42,945 nt of DNA from an uncultured Clostridia bacterium (GTDB lineage: Bacteria; Bacillota; Clostridia; Oscillospirales; CAG-272). A program made the translations under genes and the position numbers. The stretch covers positions 1 to 42,945 of the forward strand of contig CAJGDZ010000001.1 in assembly GCA_904502055.1 (NCBI GenBank), written 5' to 3'. Positions 1 through 8,027 of this stretch are shown here, one piece after another (position 1 is the stretch's first letter; every line of letters starts with the position of its first letter). The notes below the pieces were generated by a model. It searched no databases and was not told where the DNA came from. It saw only the letters and a list, made by a program, of their open reading frames with translations.

Positions 1-1475
1 ATGTCGATCATTGTAGACCAGCTGCCGTCCTCCTCGGTGATCAGACCGCAGGAGATACCCGCAACGGGAGCCTTGATCGGAACGCCTGCGTCCATGAGCG
101 CCAGAGTAGAGCCGCAAACGGAGCCCTGAGAGGTGGAGCCATTGGAGGAAAGAACGTCGGAAACAAGACGGATAGCGTAGGGGAATTCCTCCTCGGAGGG
201 AAGAACGGGAACGAGGGAACGCTCAGCCAACGCTCCGTGGCCGATCTCGCGGCGTCCGGGGCTTCTTGTGGGCTTTGCCTCGCCGGTGGAGTAACCGGGC
301 ATGTTGTAGTGGTGCATATATCTCTTTTCGGTCTCGTTGTCGATACCGTCGAGCATCTGAGCCTCGCCGAGAGTACCCAGCGTAGCAATTGTCAGAACCT
401 GAGTCTGACCGCGGGTAAACATACCCGAGCCGTGAGTTCTGGGAAGAACGCCAACCTCAGCGGTGAGGGGACGGATCTCGTCCATGCGGCGACCGTCAAC
501 TCTCTTCTTGTCAACAAGCAGCCAGCGGCGAACGATCTTCTTCTGGATCTTGTAAACAAGCTCCTCCATCATGCCGGGAAGCTCGGGATATTCTTCGGTG
601 AACTTCTCAAGGATCGCATCCTTAACGGGAACCATTCTTGCGTCGCGAACGTTCTTGTCGTCGGTGTCAAGAGCTGCCATAACGTCCTTCTCACAGAAGT
701 CGAAGATCTTGTCAAACATATCGTGGTCAAGCTCGCAAGAGGGATACTCAAACTTGGGCTTGCCGATCTCGTCGATGATTGCACCGATGAATTCAAGCAG
801 GTCCTTGATCTCGGCGTGTGCGAGCATGATCGCATCGTACATTACCTGATCGTCCACCTCGTTTGCACCTGCCTCGATCATAACCACCTTCTCCTTGGAA
901 GCGGCTACGGTGAGCTGAAGATCCGAGATCTTCTGCTCATCGGTGGTGGGGTTAACGATGAACTTGCCGTCAACAAGACCGATGTGGAGACCGCCGATGG
1001 GGCCGTTCCACGGAATGTCGGAAATTGCAAGAGCAGTGGATGCACCGATCATAGCTGCAACCTCAGGTGCGCAATCGGGGTCAACCGACATAACCGTAAG
1101 CGTAAGCGCTACGTCGTTACGAAGGTCCTTGGGGAAGAGGGGACGGATGGGACGGTCGATCACACGGGAGGTGAGAACGGCCTTCTCCGAGGGCTTACCC
1201 TCACGCTTGAGGTAACCGCCGGGAATCTTACCTGCGGCATACATTCTCTCGTCAAAGTCAACCGAAAGGGGCAAAAAGTCGATGCCGTCACGGGGCTTTT
1301 CCGATGCGGTTGCACAGCAGAGAACTGCGGTTTCACCGTAGCGTACGAGCACCGAGCCGTTGGCAAGACCTGCCATCTTACCGGTCTCGATTACGAGCGG
1401 ACGACCTGCAAGCGTATACTTGAAGGTCTTGTAATTCTTGAACTCCATAGCGGAGCTGGTGATGGTTGTGGACAT
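1..1475 (-). CDS. pnp: polynucleotide phosphorylase (PNPase), N-terminal ~491 codons; the 3' end runs off the window
   Basis: The minus strand from ATG 1475 reads MSTTITSSAMEFKNYKTFKYTLAGRPLVIETGKMAGLANGSVLVRYGETAVL...RRMDEIRPL...GRREIGHGALAERSL...SNGSTSQGSVCGSTLALMDAGVPIK. These are typical RNase PH-like PNPase domains. GGAGG lies 8 nt upstream, and rpsO-pnp synteny is as expected. The ORF is absent from the track because there is no stop in the window. The 237..1562 + ORF is its antisense shadow. Confidence 0.9.
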   Translation of the reverse strand, partial: MSTTITSSAMEFKNYKTFKYTLAGRPLVIETGKMAGLANGSVLVRYGETAVLCCATASEKPRDGIDFLPLSVDFDERMYAAGKIPGGYLKREGKPSEKAVLTSRVIDRPIRPLFPKDLRNDVALTLTVMSVDPDCAPEVAAMIGASTALAISDIPWNGPIGGLHIGLVDGKFIVNPTTDEQKISDLQLTVAASKEKVVMIEAGANEVDDQVMYDAIMLAHAEIKDLLEFIGAIIDEIGKPKFEYPSCELDHDMFDKIFDFCEKDVMAALDTDDKNVRDARMVPVKDAILEKFTEEYPELPGMMEELVYKIQKKIVRRWLLVDKKRVDGRRMDEIRPLTAEVGVLPRTHGSGMFTRGQTQVLTIATLGTLGEAQMLDGIDNETEKRYMHHYNMPGYSTGEAKPTRSPGRREIGHGALAERSLVPVLPSEEEFPYAIRLVSDVLSSNGSTSQGSVCGSTLALMDAGVPIKAPVAGISCGLITEEDGSWSTMID

Positions 1476-1607
1476 TGTTTTTTCCTCCATAAAATTTTTG
1501 ATTTGGTCTCACGGAGGTTTAGCACTTTAATATACGCCGCGCCGCAGCGCGAGGCATATTGAATTGCTAATCCGCGTGAGACGTTTGGGTTTGATTTTTC
1601 TCCTATT

Positions 1608-1661
1608 ACTAAAAATAAGAGTAAGGAGTGAGGAGTCGGAATATTTCCCACTCTTCACTCC
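1608..1661 (-). terminator. rpsO terminator / pnp leader hairpin
   Basis: Minus-strand RNA folds GGAGUGAAGAGU-(13 nt loop)-ACUCCUCACUCC, with 11 of 12 positions paired. A U-rich tail UUACUCUUAUUUUUAGU follows. It lies 12 nt after the rpsO stop. Confidence 0.45.
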
Positions 1662-1672
1662 AGACAATTCTC

Positions 1673-1936
1673 TTACTTTCTCAGACCGAGCTTGGCAACG
1701 ATGGCACGGTAGCGCTCAATGTCCACCTTCTGAAGGTAGCCAAGAAGGTTCTTTCTGTGGCCAACCATCTTCTGGAGACCGCGGCGGCTGTGCGCGTCAT
1801 TGTGGTTGTTCTTGAGGTGCTCGGTAAGGTTCTTGATTCTGTAGGTCAGGAGTGCAACCTGAACCTCGGGAGAACCTGTGTCGCCCTCGTGAGTCTTGTA
1901 CTCGTCGATAATTGCCTGTTTGGTTTCTGCGTTCAT
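1673..1936 (-). CDS. rpsO: 30S ribosomal protein S15
   Basis: 87 aa: [69 protein letters not shown]. This is the canonical S15 sequence, size and position upstream of pnp. Confidence 0.95.
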   Translation of the reverse strand: MNAETKQAIIDEYKTHEGDTGSPEVQVALLTYRIKNLTEHLKNNHNDAHSRRGLQKMVGHRKNLLGYLQKVDIERYRAIVAKLGLRK

Positions 1937-2033
1937 GTTTTTTTCACCTTTCTTTTATTACGTGAAACACAGGCTTCGGTGGGTGAATACCGCAAAGCGG
2001 CTGATTCCGAGACCCGAGTTTACGTTCTTTGGT

Positions 2034-2062
2034 ATTATATCACACTTTTTTTCGTTTGTAAA
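2034..2062 (-). promoter_or_regulatory. sigma-A type promoter of rpsO
   Basis: Minus strand reads TTTACA-17 nt-TATAAT, with TGa immediately upstream of the -10. It lies about 95 nt upstream of the rpsO ATG. Confidence 0.55.
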
Positions 2063-2077
2063 GGGTTTTTTTCTTTT

Positions 2078-2467
2078 TTATGGTAATATTTTTGGATTTT
2101 TTTTATTTCCCTTGTCTCTAAGGAGACTTTTTCGGAGGGCCAGCATTCCGGAAAGGATGAGCATGCCGCCAAAGAGCTTGCGCAGAAGCTCGGAGGGGAG
2201 CGCCGCGGCGGCAAGAGAGCCTAAGGGCGAGCCCAGCATCCCCATGGTGCTCATCGCAAGGATCGCATTGCCGAACAGTCTTCGCTTTCGCATATGAACA
2301 AGCAGTGAAGCACCGCCGGAAAAGAGAAAAAAGAGCAGGTTGATCCCTTGTGCCGCCAGCTGTACCATTCCTTCGGCGAGCGTAAGATAAAGGACGAGAA
2401 AGCCGCCGCTTCCGATTCCCATCCCGGAAAGCACGGCGATGACAAGGGCTACGATCGCATCCCTCAT
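2078..2467 (-). CDS. TSUP (TauE/SafE) family permease, C-terminal half-size protein (~129 aa)
   Basis: MRDAIVALVIAVLSGMGIGSGGFLVLYLTLAEG... is a 4-TM glycine-rich DUF81/TSUP repeat. ATG 2467 is preceded by GGGAGG. The ORF-track start at 2518 has no RBS and would overlap the upstream gene. Confidence 0.7.
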   Translation of the reverse strand: MRDAIVALVIAVLSGMGIGSGGFLVLYLTLAEGMVQLAAQGINLLFFLFSGGASLLVHMRKRRLFGNAILAMSTMGMLGSPLGSLAAAALPSELLRKLFGGMLILSGMLALRKSLLRDKGNKKNPKILP

Positions 2468-2469
2468 AG

Positions 2470-2859
2470 CTACCTCCCGATGACCATCAGAATGCCCGAC
2501 AGAATGACCAGAAAGCAAAAGAGCGTTTTTACCGTGGCGGTTTTCAACTTGTCAAGCAAAACGGCACCGAGAAGACCGCCAAGGATCGCCGGAAGCAGAA
2601 ATCGGGTGATGTCCCCCTTTGGCAGACCGCCCGAGAGGGCATAGCTTACGGTGGAAACCACCGAAATGGGAAGCATGACGGCCAGGGCGTTGGCAAAAAT
2701 ATCGCGCGGGCTTTCCGTCTCGTTCTCCAGGACCTTTCCGAGGATCCAAACGATTACAATGCCGCCGCCCGCCCCAAGAAGTCCGTTCAAAAAGCCGGCC
2801 GCAAGGCCTCCCATAACAAGCAAGCGGCGCTTGCCGCTCAGTGCGGTCTTTGAGTTCAT
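2470..2859 (-). CDS. TSUP (TauE/SafE) family permease, N-terminal half-size protein (129 aa)
   Basis: MNSKTALSGKRRLLVMGGLAAGFLNGLLGAGGGIVIVWILG... is a typical TSUP first repeat. The TAG stop at 2470-2472 sits 2 nt before the ATG of the next half gene. Confidence 0.7.
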   Translation of the reverse strand: MNSKTALSGKRRLLVMGGLAAGFLNGLLGAGGGIVIVWILGKVLENETESPRDIFANALAVMLPISVVSTVSYALSGGLPKGDITRFLLPAILGGLLGAVLLDKLKTATVKTLFCFLVILSGILMVIGR

Positions 2860-2945
2860 ATCGGTACATCCTTTCGCTTTTTTGTTTTAGTTTTGCCGAA
2901 AACAAGGAGGATATAGCCGTCGGTAAAATAATTTTTGTTTCACCC

Positions 2946-2974
2946 TTGAAATAATAAGAAAATAATGGTATAAT
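2946..2974 (+). promoter_or_regulatory. sigma-A type promoter of the ftsK operon
   Basis: TTGAAA-17 nt-TATAAT with a TGg extended -10, about 55 nt upstream of the ftsK ATG. Confidence 0.55.
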
Positions 2975-3028
2975 AATATAAATAATGGATGTTTAGACCC
3001 TTTTGGGGATGAAATACAGGAGGAACGT

Positions 3029-5989
3029 ATGGCGGAATCCAAAAAGAAAACGACGAAGAAAACAACGGCGGTCGTGCACAACACCAAAAAAGGTTTGCCG
3101 AGCCCCGAGGAATCAAAAAAATCACCCCGCGTGAGAAATTACGAGGAGCAGGAGCATCCCGAGACGGCGGGGGAAAAGGGCGAGAAAAAATCCCTGCCTA
3201 AAAAGGGCACGTCGCACGGCGGAAAAAAGGAAACCGTTCACGCGGTGGAGGAAAATCCGAGAGCGAATCGCTTTGTTCATCAGGTCATGCCGTATGTCCT
3301 GATCTTTTTGGCCATATTCAGTGTCATTTGCTTTTTGCTGATCGACGTATTCCCCGGTGTCAAGGAGGAATACGGAGTGGGAAGCCTTGGGCGTCACGTT
3401 CGCAATTTCTTTTGCGGTGTCTTTGGCTTCGGTGCGTTTTTTGTGCCGGTCATTTTGGCGATCCTGGCCTTTACCTGGAACCGTGCAGTGGAGAAGGACA
3501 ATCTGGCATCAAAGCTTATGTATGCGCTTTTTTCCATCCTTTCAATCTCCACGCTTTTGTATGTGATCTATGCCACCGTTACCCACAGTACAGATCCCAC
3601 GGAGGGGCTTCGCTTCGGTCAGAAGATCTCCGCGCTGTACGAGCTTGGCATGCAGCTGAAGGGCGGCGGCCTGCTCGGTGGATGTTTGGGTGAGCTTTGC
3701 CGTCGGGGTCTTGGTCTTGCCGGCTCGGTCATCCTTACGGTTTCCTTTACCTTTATTTTCTGCGTTTTCCTGCTTGGCTTTACGCCCGGCTACGTCGTGA
3801 CCGCGGTTCGCTACCGTGTCAAGATCGCCGCCGAAAAGCGGGCCGAGGAAAAAGAGGCACAGCGCGAGGAACGTGAGTTTGAGGCGGAGCGTGCCAAGAG
3901 AAAGAGAGAAGAACGCAAGGAAGAAAGGGAGAGGGAGCGTGAGCGCCGGGAGCTGGAGCAGGAGGCTGAGCGTGAGGCCAAGCGCGAGAAGCGCGAGGCT
4001 CAGGCAGAGGAAAAGCGTGCCCGCAAGCTGGCAAAGCAGGCGGCGGCTGAGGAAGTGGAATTTGTTGAGGATCCGGACACGCCGGTCATGGAGGTGCCGA
4101 ATCCCGTGCTTACCATAAAGCCCTCAGAGGAGCAGGAGGAAAAGACGGAGCCCGTGAGCGAGGCATCCGAGGAGCAAGCGGAGACGTTTGCCGAGCCCGA
4201 GCAGCCCGTAAGCAAGGCGGCTCCCGAATTTGAGCCGACCGAGGAGGAGGGCATCTATCGAAGCGCAAAGGAGATGGGTCTTGAAAATCCCTCGGAGGAG
4301 GAATTCTCCTTGCAGGAGATCTTTTCCGATAAGCCCATCGAAATTCCCGTTGAAAGGCCCGAGAGAGAGCCCGAGGAGCCGTCCTCTGCCGAGCATGATC
4401 TGCTGGCGGAGATGAAGGAGATCAGTGATCTTGACGAGGGTATGGGCGGTGTCGAGGACGACATCGTGGAAATCGTGTCTGAGGCTCCCGTGGAGGAGGC
4501 TCGCCCGTATGAATTTCCGCCCATTGAGCTTTTGCCCCCGGATACCTCCAATAAGAATGAGGACAATTCCAAGGAGTTGATCGAAAACGCACAAAGGCTG
4601 ATGGACACACTGTCCAGCTTCCACGTGCGGATCAAGGAGATCACTTATTCGCGCGGACCGACAATTACGCGCTATGAGCTTAAACCCGATGCGGGTGTGC
4701 GTGTGCGCTCGATCGCCAACCTTGTTGATGATATTGCCCTGAGTCTGGCTACCACCGGTGTCCGCATTGAGGCACCGATCCCCAACAAGCCCGCGGTGGG
4801 TATTGAGGTGCCCAACCAGAACCCTGCCACGGTATACCTGCGTACGCTGATCGATTCGGAGAAGTTTACGTCCGAGACCAGCAAGCTGACCGCCTGCCTT
4901 GGTGCCGATGTTGCGGGCAAGCCCGTGTACTTCAACATTGCCAAGATGCCTCACCTGCTGATCGCGGGTGCAACGGGTATGGGTAAGTCGGTCTGTATCA
5001 ACAGTATCATTGTCAGCCTTTTGTATAAAGCAACGCCCGACGAGGTCAAGCTGATCCTGATCGATCCCAAAAAGGTCGAGTTCAATATTTACAAGGACAT
5101 TCCCCACCTGTACTGTCCCATCGTCAGTGAGCCTACGAAGGCTGCAGGCGCGTTGGCGTCGGCGGTGGCGGAGATGGAGCGCCGCTTTGAGCTGATCGAG
5201 GAGGTCGGTGTCCGTGACATTTACAATTACAACGCGGTGACCAAGGACGATCCCGACCATGAGTTTATGCCGCAGATGGTCATCATCATCGATGAGCTTG
5301 CCGATCTTATGATGACGGCGGCCGATGCGGTGGAGTCCTCGATCTGCCGTTTGGCGCAGAAGGCGCGTGCTGCGGGAATCCATATTATCATCGGTACACA
5401 GCGTCCGTCGGTTGACGTTATTACCGGTCTTATTAAGGCCAACGTGCCCTCGCGTATTGCGTGCACGGTGGCTTCGCAGGTCGACTCGAGAACCATCATT
5501 GACATTGCGGGCGCGGAAAAGCTGATCGGTAAGGGTGATATGCTCTTTGCTCCCGTCGGATCGCCCAAGCCCATGCGTGTTCAGGGCGCGTTCGTTCACG
5601 AGAGCGACGTGGAAAAGATCGTTGAGTTTATCAAGGCCAACAACCGTGCGGCCAAGTATAATGAGGAATTCATCAACCGCATCGAAGAGGAAGCGGCCAA
5701 GTGTACGGCCGGAAAGAAGGGCGGAGCCGAAGTGGGTGACGGAAACGTTCCCGCGGACGGCCTGGATCCTAAATTCCGTGCGGCTGTGGAGGTCGCAGTG
5801 GACAGCGGAAAGATCTCGACCTCGCTTCTTCAGCGCAAGCTGGAGATCGGCTACGGCCGTGCCGCCAAGATCATCGACCAGATGGAGGAGATGGGCTACG
5901 TAAGTGCCCCCGAGGGCAACAAGCCTCGAAAGATCCTCATCTCCAAGGAGGAGTTTATGCAGATGGTCGTCAATGACGAGATCGAATGA
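3029..5989 (+). CDS. ftsK: DNA translocase FtsK/SpoIIIE
   Basis: 986 aa. It has N-terminal TM helices, a long E/R/K-rich linker, a motor domain with Walker A GATGMGKS and IIIDELADL, and a C-terminal gamma winged helix (KISTSLLQRKLEIGYGRAAKIIDQMEEMGYV). RBS is AGGAGG. Confidence 0.92.
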   Translation: MAESKKKTTKKTTAVVHNTKKGLPSPEESKKSPRVRNYEEQEHPETAGEKGEKKSLPKKGTSHGGKKETVHAVEENPRANRFVHQVMPYVLIFLAIFSVICFLLIDVFPGVKEEYGVGSLGRHVRNFFCGVFGFGAFFVPVILAILAFTWNRAVEKDNLASKLMYALFSILSISTLLYVIYATVTHSTDPTEGLRFGQKISALYELGMQLKGGGLLGGCLGELCRRGLGLAGSVILTVSFTFIFCVFLLGFTPGYVVTAVRYRVKIAAEKRAEEKEAQREEREFEAERAKRKREERKEERERERERRELEQEAEREAKREKREAQAEEKRARKLAKQAAAEEVEFVEDPDTPVMEVPNPVLTIKPSEEQEEKTEPVSEASEEQAETFAEPEQPVSKAAPEFEPTEEEGIYRSAKEMGLENPSEEEFSLQEIFSDKPIEIPVERPEREPEEPSSAEHDLLAEMKEISDLDEGMGGVEDDIVEIVSEAPVEEARPYEFPPIELLPPDTSNKNEDNSKELIENAQRLMDTLSSFHVRIKEITYSRGPTITRYELKPDAGVRVRSIANLVDDIALSLATTGVRIEAPIPNKPAVGIEVPNQNPATVYLRTLIDSEKFTSETSKLTACLGADVAGKPVYFNIAKMPHLLIAGATGMGKSVCINSIIVSLLYKATPDEVKLILIDPKKVEFNIYKDIPHLYCPIVSEPTKAAGALASAVAEMERRFELIEEVGVRDIYNYNAVTKDDPDHEFMPQMVIIIDELADLMMTAADAVESSICRLAQKARAAGIHIIIGTQRPSVDVITGLIKANVPSRIACTVASQVDSRTIIDIAGAEKLIGKGDMLFAPVGSPKPMRVQGAFVHESDVEKIVEFIKANNRAAKYNEEFINRIEEEAAKCTAGKKGGAEVGDGNVPADGLDPKFRAAVEVAVDSGKISTSLLQRKLEIGYGRAAKIIDQMEEMGYVSAPEGNKPRKILISKEEFMQMVVNDEIE

Positions 5990-6957
5990 TGCCTACACAA
6001 AAGGAAAGAAATCCATTCCCGAACAGTGACTCCAATAAGCGGTATTATACCTACGATTATTATTTAAGGAAGACTTTTGGGGGGAAATGTGCCAAGATCC
6101 CGCTGGACGTCGGCTTTACCTGCCCGAATATTGACGGGCGGTGCGGTGTGGGAGGCTGTATCTATTGCTCCTCAAGGGGAAGCGGTGATTTTGCCGCTTC
6201 CTCCGCGCTTTCGATCCGCGATCAGTTTGCGATCACGGCGTCGTCGCTGGCGAACAAGTGGAAGACCGACCGCTGTATTCCGTATTTTCAGGCACACACC
6301 AACACCTACGCGCCGCTTGCGGTGCTTCGGGAAAAGTTTGAGGAGGCGCTGGCGCTGGAAGGCGCGGTGGGAATGAATATTGCCACGCGCGCCGATTGCC
6401 TTGAGGACGACGTGGTGGAATATCTGGCGGCGCTTGCCGAGCGTACGGTGCTTACGGTGGAGCTTGGACTGCAGAGCGCGCACGACGTTACGGCTGAGCG
6501 TATCAACCGCGGTCACACGTTTGCGCAGTTCGTAGAGGGCTATGATAAGCTTCGTCGCGCAAGCGACAGGATCGGCATCGGCATTCATCTGATCTTTGGT
6601 CTTCCCGGTGAGGACGATGGGATGATGCTGGACTCGGTGCGAGCGGTAGCACGGCTTCACCCCGATCAGGTCAAGTTGCATCTGCTTCACGTTTTGCGCT
6701 CCAGCCGTTTGGCACAGATCTACGAGCGCGGCGAATATTTGCCGCTGGAGAGGGAGCGTTATATTTCGCTTGTGGTGCGGGCGCTTGAGATGTTGCCCGC
6801 AGATATCGTGATCGCGCGCTTGACGGGCGACGGAATGGGTGAGGATCTTCTGGCACCCGAATGGAGCCGAAAAAAGGTGTCGGTCATCAACGATATCGAT
6901 AAAATGCTTTATGCCCGGGATAGCTACCAGGGCAAACACTACGTAAAGGGAGGATAA
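5986..6957 (+). CDS. TIGR01212-family radical SAM protein (YtqA/YhcC-like)
   Basis: 323 aa. The motif CPNIDGRCGVGGCIYCS and the downstream ...ELGLQSAHD...IHLIFGLPGE... are characteristic of this family. The start overlaps the ftsK stop (ATGA). Confidence 0.8.
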   Translation: MMPTQKERNPFPNSDSNKRYYTYDYYLRKTFGGKCAKIPLDVGFTCPNIDGRCGVGGCIYCSSRGSGDFAASSALSIRDQFAITASSLANKWKTDRCIPYFQAHTNTYAPLAVLREKFEEALALEGAVGMNIATRADCLEDDVVEYLAALAERTVLTVELGLQSAHDVTAERINRGHTFAQFVEGYDKLRRASDRIGIGIHLIFGLPGEDDGMMLDSVRAVARLHPDQVKLHLLHVLRSSRLAQIYERGEYLPLERERYISLVVRALEMLPADIVIARLTGDGMGEDLLAPEWSRKKVSVINDIDKMLYARDSYQGKHYVKGG

Positions 6958-6961
6958 GAAT

Positions 6962-7879
6962 ATGGCAGGACCCGGTGGAGGAGGCTTTGGCGGCGGCGGA
7001 GGTCGCGGCTTCGGTGGAGGCTTTGGCGGCGGTGGCTTCGGTGGAGGCGGCAGAGGCTTTGGCGGACACCATCACCATCACGGATTTCACGGCGGCTGGT
7101 TTTTGGGGCCGCGCTACTACGGCGGCGGATGTCTTGGCGGACTTCTCGGCATGTTCATTGCGCCGATCTTTCTGATCGTGTTTGCTATTCTTATGTTGGT
7201 TGGCTCGCTCGGCTCGGCCTTCCATTCGGTTACGACGGGCGGCGCGATCGCCTATGACGAAAATGCGTTTCAGGATTACGCCAACGAGCAGTATTATGCC
7301 GAGTTTGGAGCAGAGAAGGACAGCGAGGATCAACTTCTTCTGGTCTTTTTGATCGAGGATGAGCAATATCACGATTACGCGTATATTGCTTGGTGCGGCG
7401 ATCATATAAACGGAAGGATCAACGCGATGCTTGGTGCTGAGGGCACAAGGCTGGGCAGCGCTGTTCAGAATTCCGCCATCAACGCAAGCTCCTATAAATA
7501 TTCCTTGGACAACGGTATTGCGCAGGTGATCGGCACGATGCAGGGGCATATTGAGGCGCTTGGCCTTGCCTCTTCCCTTAGCTGTGACAGTGCGCCGAGC
7601 GATTACCGCTCGCATCTGATCAACCGCGCCAACATCGAAATGACCGACGAGACGGTCAACGCGGCGCTTGAAGACTTTACCGCGGCAACGGGCATTGTGG
7701 TTGCCGTCGTGGTCGAGGATGCCGACGAGGTGCTTCCGAGAGACTTTGATTACGTGAGCGTTTTCATCGCGCTTCTTTTCCTTGTGATCGCGGTCGTTAT
7801 GATCGTTCAATCGGTAAGGCAGAAGGACAGGAAAAAGCGTGACGGCGACAGGGACGACAATTACAATCGATATGCTTAA
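6962..7879 (+). CDS. hypothetical bitopic membrane protein with a Gly/Phe/Arg-rich, His5-containing N-terminus
   Basis: 305 aa: MAGPGGGGFGGGGGRGFGGGFGGGGFGGGGRGFGGHHHHHGFHGG... It has two hydrophobic segments (about aa 57-85 and 262-285) flanking a ~175 aa domain, and a charged tail. A strong RBS (GGGAGGA) lies 5 nt after the previous stop. Confidence 0.7.
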   Translation: MAGPGGGGFGGGGGRGFGGGFGGGGFGGGGRGFGGHHHHHGFHGGWFLGPRYYGGGCLGGLLGMFIAPIFLIVFAILMLVGSLGSAFHSVTTGGAIAYDENAFQDYANEQYYAEFGAEKDSEDQLLLVFLIEDEQYHDYAYIAWCGDHINGRINAMLGAEGTRLGSAVQNSAINASSYKYSLDNGIAQVIGTMQGHIEALGLASSLSCDSAPSDYRSHLINRANIEMTDETVNAALEDFTAATGIVVAVVVEDADEVLPRDFDYVSVFIALLFLVIAVVMIVQSVRQKDRKKRDGDRDDNYNRYA

Positions 7880-7887
7880 ATAAACAA

Positions 7888-7926
7888 GCAGAGGGCGACC
7901 CAAGCGGTCGCCCTCTGCAATTTTTT
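7888..7926 (+). terminator. intrinsic terminator of the ftsK operon
   Basis: A 12-bp GC-rich stem GCAGAGGGCGAC/GTCGCCCTCTGC is followed by AATTTTTT. Confidence 0.8.
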
Positions 7927-7964
7927 ATCCACGTTCCGTTGAGAAAATGTTTCGAAATGGTTGG

Positions 7965-7993
7965 TTTACAGGTATATTCAAAAATGATATAAT
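7965..7993 (+). promoter_or_regulatory. sigma-A type promoter of the XRE regulator gene
   Basis: TTTACA-17 nt-TATAAT with a TGa extended -10. Confidence 0.55.
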
Positions 7994-8027
7994 TACGGTA
8001 CAAACATCAAAATACGGAGGTGTGATC

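Noticed and set aside
237-1562. 441-aa ORF on the + strand
   Set aside because: It is the antisense shadow of pnp. It has no RBS and a low-complexity, V/L/G-rich translation, while the opposite strand encodes an unmistakable PNPase.
4124-5599. 491-aa ORF on the - strand
   Set aside because: It is antisense to the FtsK motor domain. The translation is R/L/G/H-rich nonsense typical of GC-rich shadow frames.
6172-7903. 255-aa and 338-aa ORFs on the - strand (6172..6939 and 6887..7903)
   Set aside because: They are antisense shadows of the radical SAM gene and the Gly-rich membrane protein gene. Neither has an RBS or recognisable motifs.
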